This document shows, piece after piece, positions 1-26,826 of a DNA stretch of 64,000 bases (the stretch's first letter is position 1; each line of letters begins with the position of its first letter). Where the stretch lies: NCBI GenBank assembly GCA_963693365.1, contig CAVNZM010000003.1, positions 8,411,076 to 8,475,075 of the forward strand, read 5' to 3'. The notes under the pieces were generated by a model. That model had not been told where the DNA came from. It saw nothing but the letters and a program-made list of their open reading frames with translations, and did no database searches. Position numbers and translations under genes: made by a program. Source of the stretch: Amoebidium appalachense (lineage: Eukaryota; Protista; Ichthyosporea).

Positions 1-118
1 CTTTCTTACTCTCCCGCCACTCTCTTTCGCTCAATCCCTCCCTTCCCATCGTATGCCTTGTCGTGTGTGCACCTGTATTCGTTTATGTGTCTAGCTTGTG
101 TGTGTGAAGGGGGCCGGG

Positions 119-154
<36 letters not shown>

Positions 155-184
155 GAAACATAATGCAACTCTAGCTAAACACAC

Positions 185-839
185 CTTCCCTGCTGGCATG
201 CTGTCTATGCTGGTTGCAGCTTTCAGTTTCAAAGCTGACGACGATGCAGTTGATGGTGTGGGCTGGCCCGTCTGCAGGTCATGTTAGGATGGCTTCTACC
301 CATGCCCTTCATCTTCCCATATACCCTAGTGTCTCCTTTTTTTGAAGAACCAGGCTTTCATATCTGTTCTTCCTGCCATTCCGAAGCAACTCCCTCCCTG
401 CCTCCCTCCCTCGCTCTCCTCCATCACCCTCCTCCCCTAATCCCTCGCTCTCAATATATATATCTCACCTCCCTTTCCCTTCTTTTTCCACCCCCTCTCC
501 TCCCTCCCCCCCCACACCATCACCACCACCACCACCCACCCACCCACCCCTTACCAAAACAAACCCCACATTCCTCTCCTGTGCCCTTTCACCCTACGCC
601 CCCATCCTTTTCTCACTCTAAACCCCCCACTCCCAGCCTCCACAACACAAATACACATTCACCCACAACCTCTCTAGCCGCTGTGTCCTGGTCTCCCCTA
701 CTTACACACACACACACATCCCACTTGATTACAAATATGTGCAACAGGTACACATTTTCACACAAACAGACAGACGAGTGTGTGTAGACACACACACATA
801 CACACACACAGACACACACACACACACACACACTTACAC

Positions 840-935
<96 letters not shown>

Positions 936-1356
936 GGACCTGCACGTTCATCATACACACCTCGCTACCCCGTGGCCCTTGGCTGTGTACCGCCGGTGGT
1001 GAACCTGGTGTCTCATGTCCACCACTCGATGATGTCTTCATCGTTGTGCTTTTGCTAACACTAAGCCGCCTTCTAAGTGTGTTATACGCTCCAGAAATAG
1101 ACCCCCCTGGTGGTGTGCCGGGAGACGCACCATCCTCCTTTCCCAAGCCTGCATGTTCCTTTGCTTTTCTATCCTGGCTAGGTGATCCAGAAGGCGTTGT
1201 TGGCGCCGTTGATAATGTTTCAGGTGGTACTTGGTCTGTGCTTGCACGCGCAGCGTAGGGGGAACCGGGTGTGGGCGAGCTTGTGCCAAAAGATGATGTT
1301 TTGCTCACACTTAATCGCCGCTTTAGGGTGTTATAGGCACCCGAAACACTTGACAT
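185..1356 (-). CDS. 5' part of a spliced Ser/Pro/Thr-rich protein gene (exons 1356-961, 271-185; continues off the left edge)
   Basis: ATG at 1356 (MSSVSGAYNTLKRRLSVSK...). Donor GAG|GTGTGT at 961, CTAAC branch point and CAG acceptor at 271, donor AAG|GTGTGT at 185. Both exons are phase 0 and open. The peptide SGAYNTL(K/R)RRLSVSK occurs twice. Confidence 0.7.
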
Positions 1357-2622
1357 TCTTACTAGATTGAGCCCCAAGCCCAATCATTTACCAGCACTTT
1401 TGGTTGAAGTCCATGTATGCGTTATGCATCTCCTAAAACTAGTTGTGCCACCCCGACAAACATCAGCTAAACGATTGTGATCTGGCCATGTGTCCTGTAG
1501 AAGCCGATCTCCCGTCGATCTAGCGTACAATAGAAGGGCGCAGAAACGCACAAGATCGCACGCAGAATCTCTGAAAAACGGTGTGGAAACGCTGGTTGCA
1601 ATCCCTGTGATGTACACCAGAATAGTAGAGGCACGAAACGGAGCTCAAAGGAACAGAAAAAGACGGTAACACATAAAAGGAAACGATGACAGCCGTCTTA
1701 GCGATGTGGAGTCCAGATAGAACCTATTCTTCTCACAGTGAGAAATAGTTGTAGCATGGACTAAGTTGGCTCACATCCATGGAGCCCTCCAAAACTGCTA
1801 ACAGAGGTGGGCAGGCCTACACCCAGAAGCTAAGTGCATTAACCTACTTGCAACATCAGCCATGCAATGTGACAACATATTATGCTATAAAGCTGGAGCA
1901 TAGCAACAAAAATGTATGTAAAAAGACCTTCACATACTCAGAGACTATGCTACGTATTGGTGGAACTAAGAAGTTACACGCTGCAAAAACGGCCATATGG
2001 CCCCGACCTCACAGAGGCATTGCTCACAGCACCTCAGTTTCAGTCTTTGCTCTGTTGCGATCAGGGGGGCTTTTTACCTTATTTGGTGCGGGTTTACCCA
2101 ATCATAAGTCTTGAAATTCAGTAAAGTCTAACAAACCCCCTCCCCCAGGGTAATTGTGGCCTAAAGTATGTACATGTTTGTGTGACACGGGAATGTGCTG
2201 TGCTGTGTCACCCTGTCGGTGAGGGTAGAACGCAATGTTGCAGGGTGTATTGTTAGTTTGGTATGAAACAGTGTAGTTCTTCGGGTAAGATGAGAGGTAG
2301 TCCTCGGGCTGGTTGAGTTGGCATGAAGGGGTATAAAAGGAAGGGGGAGGGGAAGGGGAGGAGGGCAGGGAGGGAGGGATGTAAGGGTTAGAGTGAGCTC
2401 TTGATGCCTCCCGAAAGGTTCCAAACCGAGACGCTTTGGCCTGCAGGCAGCCGTAAAATGCCCCCGGTTGCTCTTTATCTCCTTGCATAATATAATGGTT
2501 TTATAAAACGTGCTCAAAAACTCAACTCAAATGTCTGTGATCATGGCCTTCAGTTCAGCATATATAATCCTACCCCCCTCCCCTCCCCCCAAACACAGAC
2601 ACACAGACAGACACGCACACGC

Positions 2623-2692
<70 letters not shown>

Positions 2693-3196
2693 ACACACGT
2701 ACACATGCACTCATCACATGCCTGCTACTGTAACGAATCGTTTTATTTGAAAGCATCTATCGGATATTTATAGGTGTGGTATGCCCTGTGGTTGCGTGTG
2801 CCTGCAGGTGTGTGCGTACTGCCTTGCCTGTGTGTGTGTGTGTGTGCCTGTGTGCAAGCGAAATGCAGATGCCAGTTTGATCGCGTGTGTCTGCACAAGT
2901 GTGCCTGTGTCAAGGCCTCCTGCATAAACAGGCCTTGGCCTGTGCAAGCGATGCACTGGGAGTTTAATTTCGTGTGTGTATATATGTGTGTCACGACTGT
3001 AACCGCCGGTCAATTAGTTATGGGCAAATACGAAATAGCATTCATTCACATGCCACAGGCATAAAAGATAAGGAGGAGAACCCATCGATCTGTCCCTGTG
3101 CTTTCCCTCCGAGCCCCACCCCACCCCATCAACCCTTCCCAAACAACATGCACGCAAGCATACACGCAGGTGTTGCACAGGCTTCAGAGACTTCAA

Positions 3197-3244
<48 letters not shown>

Positions 3245-3784
3245 AAAGAAGAAAAAAAAAAAAAAAAAAAAAACACCCTCCTCCCGGCCCAAAAATCAAT
3301 GCAAAAAAAATTCATAATGAAGAAAAAAATAAAAAAAACGTCCCCCCCCCCCCCCCCCCCCCAACCTGCCCCTCCCCAACCCCCTTCTCCCTGCCCCCCT
3401 TTCCCGCCCTTCCCTTATACGTGCACTGCGCACGGACACGTACACACAGGTCCACACACATATAACCCCTACCCGCCCCGCCCCCCCCCCCCCCCCCCCC
3501 CCTCCCCTCCCCCCCCCCCCCCCCCCCCCCAAACACACGTGCACACACACACACACACACACACACCACCACCACCACCACCAACACTAAGAGCGCAAGT
3601 ATTTCAACAATAACAAGAACTAATATTTAAGTACAAGTGGTTGAGTCGTTTGGCCGCACTAAGCTTACATAGCCATATATGGTGTGTGCTACAACTCTAA
3701 TTAGTACATAACATCCTATGGTGCATTCTCCATCTTCTGGGTTGTGGCAGATTATTCAAAAAGCTCCGGTCATTCCCACAGCCA

Positions 3785-3993
3785 CTAGTCCTCGTCATCC
3801 TCCTGCCCGTAGTCCTCCCCGACACCTGTAACCCCCCAAGTCATAAGTCACGTTAGGAATTAAATCCCAAAAATAAGTGCATGCATGTGTGCCGCACACA
3901 CACAACATGCGACTATTCTTATCACCAGGCTAGAAAACAAATGCAAGAAAATGAGGCGCGCGCGCACACACATACACACACACACACATGAAC

Positions 3994-4033
<40 letters not shown>

Positions 4034-4036
4034 AAC

Positions 4037-4072
<36 letters not shown>

Positions 4073-4074
4073 TG

Positions 4075-4125
<51 letters not shown>

Positions 4126-4499
4126 GACCATGTGTATAATACGTTGCAGGGCTACACTGTGGCCAATGTGCGCACTACAAACAAGCCAACAAGCAACCAA
4201 GCAAACAACAACAAAAAAAAAATCCGTGCCACACCTTCCCCAGGACGACACACCCGACTCAGCAAGAGGGAGGGACGGGGTGAGGGGGTGAGGGGATAGA
4301 GGTTTGTTTAGCCAACCACATAGATAATGCAAGGAGAGCAGGGGGGCAATGGAGCATATTAGGCTGGTCCTGGGGGGGAAGAAGGGGTGAGGGGAGGGGG
4401 AGCGGGTAAGGGGAAGGGGGGGGGGGGGAGGGGGGGGGGGGGGGGGGAAGAGTGTTGGAGCAAAGCCGAACGCATGACACACACGTACGTACAATCCGT

Positions 4500-4552
<53 letters not shown>

Positions 4553-4749
4553 GGGGGGGGCTACTGCACCTGCATATGCACTTAATACGGCAGCGGCAGT
4601 AGATGTAGAGGCCAAGTCTCGCGGGGTCTGCCCTTCCTCGTTTTGAATAGTGGGTGTTGCCCCTGAAACACACAAAGTGAATATTGTTGGTTATAAGGCA
4701 GAAAGGGTAGGGTGGGGTGGATGGGTGGGTGGGTGGACGACGTGGTGGT

Positions 4750-4785
<36 letters not shown>

Positions 4786-5641
4786 GACTTTCACGCTCAT
4801 CATCCGAGAGAAGAAATGTTGTTCAAGTTTGAAAAAGGGAAGAAAATGAACATGTCAGACGGGTAAAGGAGCAATAATGCTTTCATAACCCGTCTCGTTA
4901 TTGACAAAGTCGCAGTTTTTCCAGATAGCGATTTCAGGGATATTTGACACGTTCATGGTTTGCAGTAACTTTTCACATTCAGTGCTGTTGTACCTGAGAA
5001 ACCGGTACCAAATGGTGTTTAACTGGTGTATCTGCTTCATGTATTCTTTGCAGCACATTACACACATCTTGCCAAAAATATGCTTTGTTGCACGAATAAC
5101 AATAATAATATTAAATCCATTAACGCAACGATTCATTTATGCAGTCCCCATATCGAGTACGTGCTGCCACGTACACGCACGTTCGAATCAATGTAATTAT
5201 GCCCATAAATGGTAAGAGCTCTTCTTTTTTTAGGCATTTGCAAATCGCTACAACAAATAGAATTCTGTATATTTTTTCTATATAGACGTTAAAGATAGCT
5301 GCATACATACCTTTATCCAGTAGCATCTGCACAACCCTTTCATCCCCCTTGTATGCAGCATTGTGCAGGGGGGTATCCCCCAACTTATTCTGTTGGGTGG
5401 CCCCAAAATCAGTTTACGCCCACAACAATCTCACAACTCAAAACTTTTTGAATCTCTTCTCCGCATAATACCCCTTCCCTCCAAACCCCCCACCTCTTCT
5501 CCCCCCCCCCCCCCCCCCCCCTCCCCCTTCCCCCAAGGAACTGAATCTCAATGAATCAGTTTTATTTGTCGTACCGAATATACTCCTTCCCCCTTCCCTG
5601 CCCCTCGTTCCTCTTCGACTCTTCTCTTTCTCTTGCTATCC

Positions 5642-5676
<35 letters not shown>

Positions 5677-5866
5677 CTCCCTCTCCCTCCCCCCTCCCTT
5701 TCCCCCCCAAAAAGGATAAAAAAGCACATTCAATGGTCTCTATCCCCTCCCACGTGCCAATAATGCGCTGTAACCACACCTGTGATCTGTGTGCACCTTC
5801 GTCTCTTGTCTCTGCAACCCAAACCCCTCTCCCTCCCCCCCCCCCCCCCCCCTCTCTCCCCCCCCC

Positions 5867-5898
<32 letters not shown>

Positions 5899-6555
5899 AC
5901 ATCCTCCCCCCTACTAAGAACTCCGTTCCAATATTCGATCATGGAATCCCGACCCGATACAGGAAAAAGGAGGGTTTGACATGAAACATCGCCAGGAAAA
6001 AAAAAGGGGGAGAGGGGGAGGAGGGGGGGAGGGGGGGGGGGGAAGGGGGGGGGACGCATCTACGTTACTTTTGCCGGGTAAGGGGGGTGGGGGGTGGTTG
6101 GTTAGAGGGGGGGTGGGGGGGGGGGGTGGGGGGGGAAGGGTTGGTTGAACATGTCCACTAGACATAGGGCACTCCCGTATGTACTAGTGCATGTTTGGTA
6201 CATGCATGCGAGTGTACGAGTATGTGTCTGTGTACATGTGTGTTTGAGTGCTCCTATGTGTGCAAGTGTGTATGCACTATCATGCTTGTGTCTGCCTGTG
6301 TGTGTACATGTGCCATGTGTGTGCACTTGTGTCTGTACTTGTGTCTTTGTGTGTGTTTGATGGACTGCGTCCAAGTACATGCGTGCAAGTGTGTGTGCAC
6401 TTGTAAATTTGTGTGAGCTTGAGCCTGTACCTTGCACGCACGTGTGTGCTCGTGTATTCACGTGTGCTGGCGCGTGTGCTTCTATGCTTCTATGTGCGCT
6501 TTGTGTGCACATGCACCCATCCGTATGTTCTCTATGCTCGCATGTACGTGTATGA

Positions 6556-6653
<98 letters not shown>

Positions 6654-7130
6654 GTGCACGTGCACCCACCTGTATATCGACCTCTATGTTCTTGGTTGCA
6701 AGCAGCAATTCCACCACCTGCACATGTCCCCCCCGTGCAGCCCAATGTAGGGGGGTACATCCCGCCTTATCCAGGCCATTGGGTGATACACCAGCAGACA
6801 ATGCCTCTTTGACAAACTCATAGTTTCCTGCCCACAAAATGTATACATGAGCAATGCTTTCGTGAATAGAATAATAAGCGTGTTACTACTAGAATAGGTG
6901 TAACTATATACCAACAATGAGACGAGCGAAAAGAATAGCTAGCATACATAGAAGGAGAAGAGGGGAACAACGTGCTCTTATGGGTCAAAAAGACCCCATG
7001 CCCGCACGAGTGCTATGAAAAAGAGCACAGAGCGTAGATGAATGTCTTGCCACGTTGAACACACCGTGCTACCCCTTCCCCTGCCCCCATTTCTCCTCCA
7101 CCCCCCCCCCCCCCCCCCCCCCCCCCCCAA

Positions 7131-7162
<32 letters not shown>

Positions 7163-7933
7163 GCTCTCCCTCCCTCTCTTTCAACCACAACATATCCATG
7201 ATGGCATGTTTCAAAAGGGCAAACAGCATGTAATGCAAAAACAAGCAGAAAAATGAACGGCACCGACCTCTCTTTGCTGCATCGTGAATGGGGTTGGCCA
7301 CTTCTTCTGCCTGAGCCTCAACTGTGTGTGCGGGGGATATGTCATATTTATAGTCGATATAACTCACAGTTATGGTGTGCTATATAAGGCGGCTTTCCAT
7401 TTTTACCTCCGTGCAGTTGCCAGTATTGCTTATGGTAACTTTGTTTGCTCCCCCCCCCCCCCCCCCCCTTTTTTTTTTTTCTTTTCTGTTTTCTCTTTTT
7501 GTCTATTTTTTTACCAATTCCTGCTCCATTTTTCCTCGTTCATATTGTCACGGAGGAGAAGCCCTTCCCCCCCACCCCCACCCCTTTATTTTTCTTTTTT
7601 TTTTTTTTTTTTTGAAACGCGAACACGAACTCAATAGAACTGTCGTCCAAAAGAACATTTACAAGAATAGTCTGATCACACCATATTCCATTTTTAACTG
7701 GTGCGAGATCTTCAAAGGTTGTAACCTAGCTGGGCCTTAATGAAAACACACACACAGGCACCCACCATAGTTGCTTGGCACCAAACCATCCTTGCCGTTG
7801 CAATTTGCCTTCCACCACGCTGGGTCCGACACAGAGTCGTAAACGTACAAGAGGTCTCCCTCCTCAAAACTAAGCTCGTCAGCCTGAAGAAAAATGAGAA
7901 GGGCGGGAGGGAGTTGGGGGGGTGGGGGAGGGG

Positions 7934-7967
<34 letters not shown>

Positions 7968-8718
7968 GGGGAAAGAGATGCAGCGTTGAGTCAAACAGGT
8001 TGTGTTTGTGTGTGCTGTATGTCGATGGGGGGGGAGGGAGGGGGGGAAGGGGGAGGGGGGTAGAGAAAGCTGGTCAAAGATGAAATAGCAGTGTTAGGCA
8101 AGACAGAGTCAAGAGGAAAGACAACGATTAAGCCCAAAACATTATTGTCGGGTGCTTAAGCCTCAAAGAAAAACGAAGCTGTGATGCAACTGGTATTAAT
8201 TTGATGTTTGAGGAGAGAGACCATGTTTTAGTGCTAACTGTGTAGCGTCTTGAACAAACAACAAAAAGGATTGGGGCTTTTCAGTGAATGTGAGAATGTG
8301 GTGCCTACTTTCAACCCTCCTTTTCTGAGACACTTTAGGATTCAAAGTACGTATTAGGATACATACTGCAAAGGAACTCTTTGTGTGTTGTGCACCTGAA
8401 TTCGAGCTCTTAGCACAACACTCAGACAATAAACTTTGATCACGCACCTCCCAATCTCCAATCTCAGATCTCTCCGCCTAGTAACGCCTACAACCCCATC
8501 CCCATTCCCACCCCTCCCACGCCTGACCGCCACTTACTCCAAACCCCTCCCTCTCCCTCTCCTTTATCTTTTTCTACATCTGCATCCGCTGCTTTCAGCT
8601 TTACGCAAACAGAAACATGAGATCTTACCTGCTGGGCCTTGTAGTCAAAGGCAGCCCTGTAGACCTTCACCTGGCCGGGCTTTGCTGCCTTTTTGGGGGG
8701 CGGGGGCCTGCCAGCCAT
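3785..8718 (-). CDS. OSTF1: Osteoclast-stimulating factor 1 homologue (Pro-rich N-terminus, SH3, ankyrin repeats, acidic tail); 7 exons, ~210 aa
   Basis: Exons 8718-8629, 7883-7766, 7321-7268, 6827-6670, 5389-5311, 4662-4570 and 3825-3785 join in frame with GT-AG. SH3: AAFDYKAQQADELSFEEGDLLYV...WWKA...GLVPSNY. Ankyrin: PIHDAAKRG, GCTPLHWAARGGH, GDTPLHNAAYKG. Ends EDYGQEDDED*. Confidence 0.93.
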
Positions 8719-9128
8719 ATTCTCTGTGTGTTACTATATCCTTTCAAGGCAACGTAAAACCATAACACGTAGCAATTGCAAAAGCCAGCGACACTCTCAA
8801 AACAGTGGTGCAAACTTCAAGAGCTGAAACCAGAAAAACCGAGGGAGGACTGACATACCGTACAACTGGTTTTGCTTTTTCCCGTTTTGTGTAAAATAAT
8901 AACTATATATGGAAGGTGTTGCGCCGTATTTGGAAGGTGATTTGCACAAGGTCCGCCGGGTGCCGCTGCCGCGCACATGCATGTAAAACTGAGCGGGCCG
9001 TGACAGCGGCCTCAAACTGTTCAAGTCGACCATACAACGGTAGACAGCTACTGCTTGTTTCCATGTCTGTTTACAGCACCTAATTTATACCAAGCCCGTA
9101 GCACAGCTTTTAATAAGGTTTAGGCAAC
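8719..9128. promoter_or_regulatory. Short bidirectional promoter region between OSTF1 and the small basic protein gene
   Basis: 410-bp microsatellite-free interval between divergent ATGs at 8718 (-) and 9129 (+). Confidence 0.55.
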
Positions 9129-9912
9129 ATGGGGCGGTCCGCCAAGACCCACAAGCGCGTCAAGCGGCAGGGGGGAGCCAAGAAGGAGGTGACGGCCAGC
9201 GACGAAGATATGGTGCTGGACGTGGGCGAGAAGAAGGAGAAGGCCATGCTGAAGAAGAAGGGTGCGTGTTCGTGCTTGTGCATGCCTGCGTGCATGTGTG
9301 CGTGCGTATGTGCATGCCTGCATGTGCGTGCGTCCATACGCGCGTGCCTGCTTCTCTGGGTGTCTGATCGCGCTTGCCTGCCTGTGTGAGGGCGTGCCGG
9401 TGTGCTAACTTGCCCGCTTGCGTGCTTTCCTGCGCGCCTGCGTGCCAAGTGCCAACATCACGTGCTTGACGGGTGGGTGGGTGGGCAGATGGAACTCTGG
9501 GCGAATGGGGTCACCCATCATACGGACGAGGGGGAACTACGAGGGGGCTGGGGAGGATGGGGGGGTTGGGCGGGTCCGTTGCAAGCAGGAAGGGGGGGGG
9601 GGGGGGGGGGCACGCAAGGAGGCGAGAAAGGCTTGCTGCGGGGGGTATAGCCTTTTCTGGCGGGAGAAGGGGGGGGGGGAGGGGGGGGAGGGGGGGGGGG
9701 GGGGTAATCGAGAAATTCCGTGAGCTAGCGTGACGTTTAAACAACAAGACTGGAGGTTGACAGTCCTGACATTCCGGGCACAAGTTGTTGGGTAACTGAT
9801 AAGCTGTATACACACCCTTTTCTTCTTGTTTTTTGAAATTCAAAGACCCAAGTCTGTTTCTTAATAGTGAATAGAGGTCTGGGGTGAAAGGCAGAGAGGG
9901 GGCTCTGTACGG

Positions 9913-9943
<31 letters not shown>

Positions 9944-10090
9944 GGTGTGGTTGTGTGAAAGGTGGAGGGGGGGAGGTGGGGGGATTGGGGTTGGAGATGT
10001 TTGCTATGAGGTGTATACAGGCAGTTGTTTGGTGTGGTGTATACGGGAGGTTGAGTGGGCAGGGATGGACTTGGTAGTTTCTCTTATACC

Positions 10091-10121
<31 letters not shown>

Positions 10122-10280
10122 GTGTGTGTGTGTGGTGTGTGTGTGTGTGTGTGGTTTATGTTAAGCGGAGTTTCTTTTCTGGGTTTATGCCAGTAGGTAA
10201 GGAAAGGAAAGCGCCTCTCTGGGGTAGGGGGGGGGGGGGGGGGGGGGGGGAGTGGTGTGGGTGTAAATGTTTTTTTTTTT

Positions 10281-10311
<31 letters not shown>

Positions 10312-10527
10312 TGCAATTTGTGTAGGGAGGGGATAATAATTTATGGTTCTTTTTGCAACACGTAAAGCGACATATCCTTACACAGTTACCATTTACCAAC
10401 AGAAAAAGACGGTGGTGTGCAGAAGAAAACAGCGCAGTCAAAGCCAAAGAGCGCCTTGCAGAAGGTGCTGCAGAAGGGGAAGGCAGCCACCCAGGCAAAG
10501 GCAAAACAGATGGCTGTAGACAAATAG
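9129..10527 (+). CDS. Small Lys-rich basic protein (~85 aa), 2 exons, function unknown
   Basis: Exon 9129-9261 (MGRSAKTHKRVKRQGG...KKK, donor G|GTGCGT) joins in phase 1 to exon 10403-10527 (EKDGGVQKKTAQSKPKSALQKVLQKGK...VDK*). Confidence 0.75.
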
Positions 10528-12267
10528 ACTTTCTTGATGCCCCATAAAGGAACAAGCGGCACATTGCGGAAACATTGGTTCAGTTAGTCTCGATGGGGTT
10601 TTGGACGGACATCTATGAAACTATGGCCCGAATCTATGGGGGGGGTTCTACTGTTCAGGGTGAGTGTGGGACACGGAGATAACTACGGTAGCCCTTTACG
10701 TTTGTGTTGTGTGTCAGTTTTCTATTATGTGCGTCATGTGATTCTGTGAACAACTAGATACCATAGGAAGTGAGCTAATACCTTAGGACGAAAGCGGGAG
10801 GGGGGGGGGGGGGGGGGGGGGATTTACATACATTTACAGGTATGTCAATAGTAGACCTGCTGTTTTGTAGGAGAGTTGTGAGATTCACTTCCCCTCTCCC
10901 CCCCCCCTCCCCCCCCCCCCCCCCCCCCCCCCCTCATCCCCCCCTTCCCCTCCCAAACACACACATATACACACAAACACATAACCGGGCAAGCACACGA
11001 CCGGATTAAGCACACATGCCCACGAACACTGCTGGGGGTGTGTGGTCTGATATGGGCACCACTGTAACTTGCTCAGAATAGAACTGTGACGCAGGCCGCA
11101 CAGTAGTCAATGGAATACAAATACAGATACTCCAACAATACAAATACTATGTGCCTTGGACAAACACCGTAAAGCCCCAAATCTGCGTATGCGTGGGCCA
11201 AGGGATGGTCATATGCAACTGAGCGAGAGTCAAGAATATAAAGGCACCTGTAAATTGCATTCACTCTTTCAGAACTTTCCCTTTCTTGGTGTCTTTTTTT
11301 TGGCTTCTGGAACATTGTAAATTTATCCATGAGTGGGGTTGGAGGGGGGGGGGGGGGGGGGTTGCAGAGCACGATGCACACATATATGTCGGACAGCACA
11401 ATGTAGATTGGTTTTTCCTACGAAGAGCATGAGTATACATCTGAAGCAGAACGAATGGGATCATTGCACTTTATTGGCTGTCCGTGGTGGTGGTGGTGGT
11501 GGTGGTGGGATGAGGGGGGGGGGGGAGGGGGGGGGGGGGGGGGGGGGGGGGGTTTGACCCTTGCCTGTTGCCTGTTCCCTTTCCACTTTTCTCTCTTTGA
11601 AAAAAAAAAATAATAAATAAATTGAAACGACATTGAAGACGAACTGTGAGATCTAGTTTGTAAGACATCGTGTATGTTCCGTGTGACTCGTCTTCTCATG
11701 AGTGTGAGGAGTGGCCCGTTGCATGCGCATGTACATGTATCAAGTACATGTTGCGGTGTGTGGTGTGTGTATACTCCAGTGCAGTGGGGGCCCATTGCAC
11801 TTTTATCGGCCGCTCCCTCCGGCCAATCCAGTGGCACAACATGGGCCCCGTGGGGATATGTACGTATACAGCTAGGTGTAAATAACCCATGTTCATATGG
11901 TCATATACTCAGTGACACGGCCATGGATGAACCAAAACAAGAACATGGCATGCTTGCGCATGAACACCATATAACAACCTTAAAAGTGGCCCTTAGTTCT
12001 GTTAACGTTGAAAACAGTTAATTAAAAGACTTTTCTTTCACAAACGACACAGCCGGTGCCTGCAAGTGAAATATGGGTTGTGCGCACATGCTAACGTTTA
12101 TATTACCTGAGATAAGTTTCGTGCCAAGAAAAACTTTGTGACGATTGCGTCACTAGGAGGATTTATATCCCAAGTCCTTATAGATCTGATTACGCAAAGG
12201 CTGCCTTACCGCACTATTCCAATGGCTAGTGTTTGCAATATTTTCACACATTTGGACCCCCCCCCCC

Positions 12268-12298
<31 letters not shown>

Positions 12299-12678
12299 AC
12301 AAAATCTACGTTATATTACAATGCAAAAAAAATGCAAACATTCCTAACTTAGGCAGGGATCATTCCGAAATGCCATAGTATTCAACCCGGGCATGTCACG
12401 GTTGTATGAGGCTGTGTGTGCATGTGCGCGTGTGCCTGTGTGTGTGCTTGCGCATGGCGCGCACGTTTGTGTGTGATCTGTGTGCATATATCACGAGAGA
12501 GTGTGTGTTTGTATGCAGAGGGCGGTAAAAAGGTGGATGGACACCGGAAAAGGGGGGGGGGGGGGGGGGGGGGGACATGCATATAACAATATTTCTTGCA
12601 TGACCCAAGGCAAGAAAACCCCCCACAAAACACCCACAGCTGGCCCAGGAGTATGTAATAATCCAGTGTTCATGCATT

Positions 12679-24448
<11,770 letters not shown>

Positions 24449-24584
24449 CTGTAGAAAGAAACCGAAATGTGAGCCTGTGTATTTGATAGCATGCGCCCTT
24501 GTGTGATTTTCTCTTGCCGATTTCCTGCTTTGCACACCAAATAGTACCTATCGTATGCCTGTCAATGACCCAAACGGTTGTGTT

Positions 24585-24627
<43 letters not shown>

Positions 24628-26826
24628 CACTCCCCCTATCCCCTCAGATGCACCCCCTTCCAAAAAAAAAAAAAAAAAAAAAAAAAAAACTTCCTATGGC
24701 TTCACATTCATGCGACGAACTTTAAGCAACCGTACGAGTGTTCAAAGCAAGATTGGACTGGAGTTTTTACTGTTCATATATATGCGTGAATAGAGGCTTT
24801 GGGCTTTAGGTCGTCTATGTTATCTGAGATAGAAATGGTGGCACGGGTTTGAGTCTTTTATATTCCCCCCCCCCCTTTTTTTTCCCCCGGTGTTCCATTG
24901 AATAAACAAGGCTGGGGTGTCAATAGTGCTACTGTGCTTGCCGGGAGCTTGCGCTCATGTCCAAAACACCTGTGTGTTAATTTTCAAAACCATTATGCGT
25001 GGACGTGCAAATATATTCCTACTTGTATAAAGGCTTTTTTATTTATAATAATGTATCTAGCTCCGTTCTAGCAAGTTTGCCACCGTCACGGGTGGCAGTC
25101 AAATACACAAATAAAGCCTTGACTGGTTACAAATAGTGAGTTGCGCATGCAGACAGAAATGCTTCGTTTGTTACAGTAGATATGTGATGGTGCAGTAAGA
25201 GAAAGAAACGAGTAGGATGACACATCACGGATGGGAAAAAACTTGTTATCAGAAAATATGGTCCTGATGCTTCTAGCCGTCTCTAGCGAAGTTACTCGTG
25301 TTCGTTTACGCTCACGCTCACTCCTGACCAGGAGACGGAGAGCATTAGCTACATGCAGTAGTTCACTTGTGGGGCCATGGTCGAACTAGGAGGTGTGGAT
25401 GTGACATCAGCTATGAAAATACCTTTAGCTCGAGTTTAAATATTAGCGGTAGATCAACCAGGTGAACTATGACAGTACCAATGCTGCAAACAGACACATC
25501 ACCAGTGTGGCTATGTCGACTCCAGATTCCCATTCTGATCGTGAGGAGAACTAGCTGTTCATGATGCAAAGTCTGCTAAGATCTAACAAACGCAATCCGA
25601 GCGAATACACACCTTCTCCAGGAATATTATCAGACTCTTTATAAGACTTATTTTCTTGTCTTGTTTTCTTCTCCCCGTGCAGGCTGCCAATTCAGCACAC
25701 GAGCATCAGAATAGTCGAAGCTTGAGAACGAGAAAACGAAAACTGAGCCGACTCCGACTTCGAAATTCTTGATTATGCAAGGCTGCGCATGCGGCAAATG
25801 ATACAGCTGTTGAAGCATTCATGATTGGATAAGTCGACCCAGCTGGCCTTCTTATTTGGTATCAGGTGTTCGGCATTAAATATAGCCATGCGACATTATG
25901 AACTGTAAAGAGAGTAGAGAATCAATTTATTACAAACAAATATCAAATAACACTGTGCTTTATGGAATGTAATAACCAGAATTGAACGGAGGTGACCCTG
26001 GGTGGGCTAGGACCGGCCGCAGTGCGATAGGATAAATATCAGGCATTGCTAGGTCTCGGCATATCATTGGCTAAGAAAGCATCATGCTGCCGCACTACTT
26101 TCTACCTACAGTCCATTGTCCTTATTTAGCTAGTTTGAGTTGTAAGAGGATGGAAAAATAAAAATACTTGTATTTTCCTACTGAAGAGGTAAGTAAGGAA
26201 CTACAATGTGAAGCAGTAGAGGTGTGGCTCCATGACTCTGCAGTCAAATTCACCATACAGAATGACAGAGTACCTATTTATAGAAAGCTATCCTTACCAA
26301 AATGCTATTTATAGTCCATGCGGGCCAAGCCTCATGAGCCAAATGGTCGGGCCACGCGACCCAGCTGGCTGCGCCGGGTTGTGCACGCGCGCGCTTTACC
26401 GTCACACACACACAAAAAGGGAGGGAGAGCTTTAGAAAGGGAGAGACAGGGGAGATACGCACCTGTAGCGTGAAGCTAGGGCTCTTTTAGGAACGTGCAC
26501 GCACGACGAAGCTCTAGGAAATTCTGGTTATGCTCGTACACCGTACGCTCGATCCTTTTCCTGTTGAGCTTTGTTGTCAAAAAAACTACCTAGTCCACTT
26601 CTGAAGTTTCGATCTGTAGTTTACATAAACAAACAAGTGGAATTAGTGAGCTGTAGACGCTGTATTCGCTGAACCGGTACTATCAGTTTCGTCGTGTTCT
26701 TCGTCGGGCAGTTGTAAGCACATATTTTCGCGTTCTTCCAACGCCCAGAGCCAAATTACTCCCCATCGCAAGCCCGTTTATTTTGCATACACTGAAAGGA
26801 GGCACCGAGAGGAGATAACCTTCACG

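Noticed and set aside
1400-2500. Possible small gene between the first gene and OSTF1
   Set aside because: I could not assemble a consistent exon chain or a recognisable protein on either strand.
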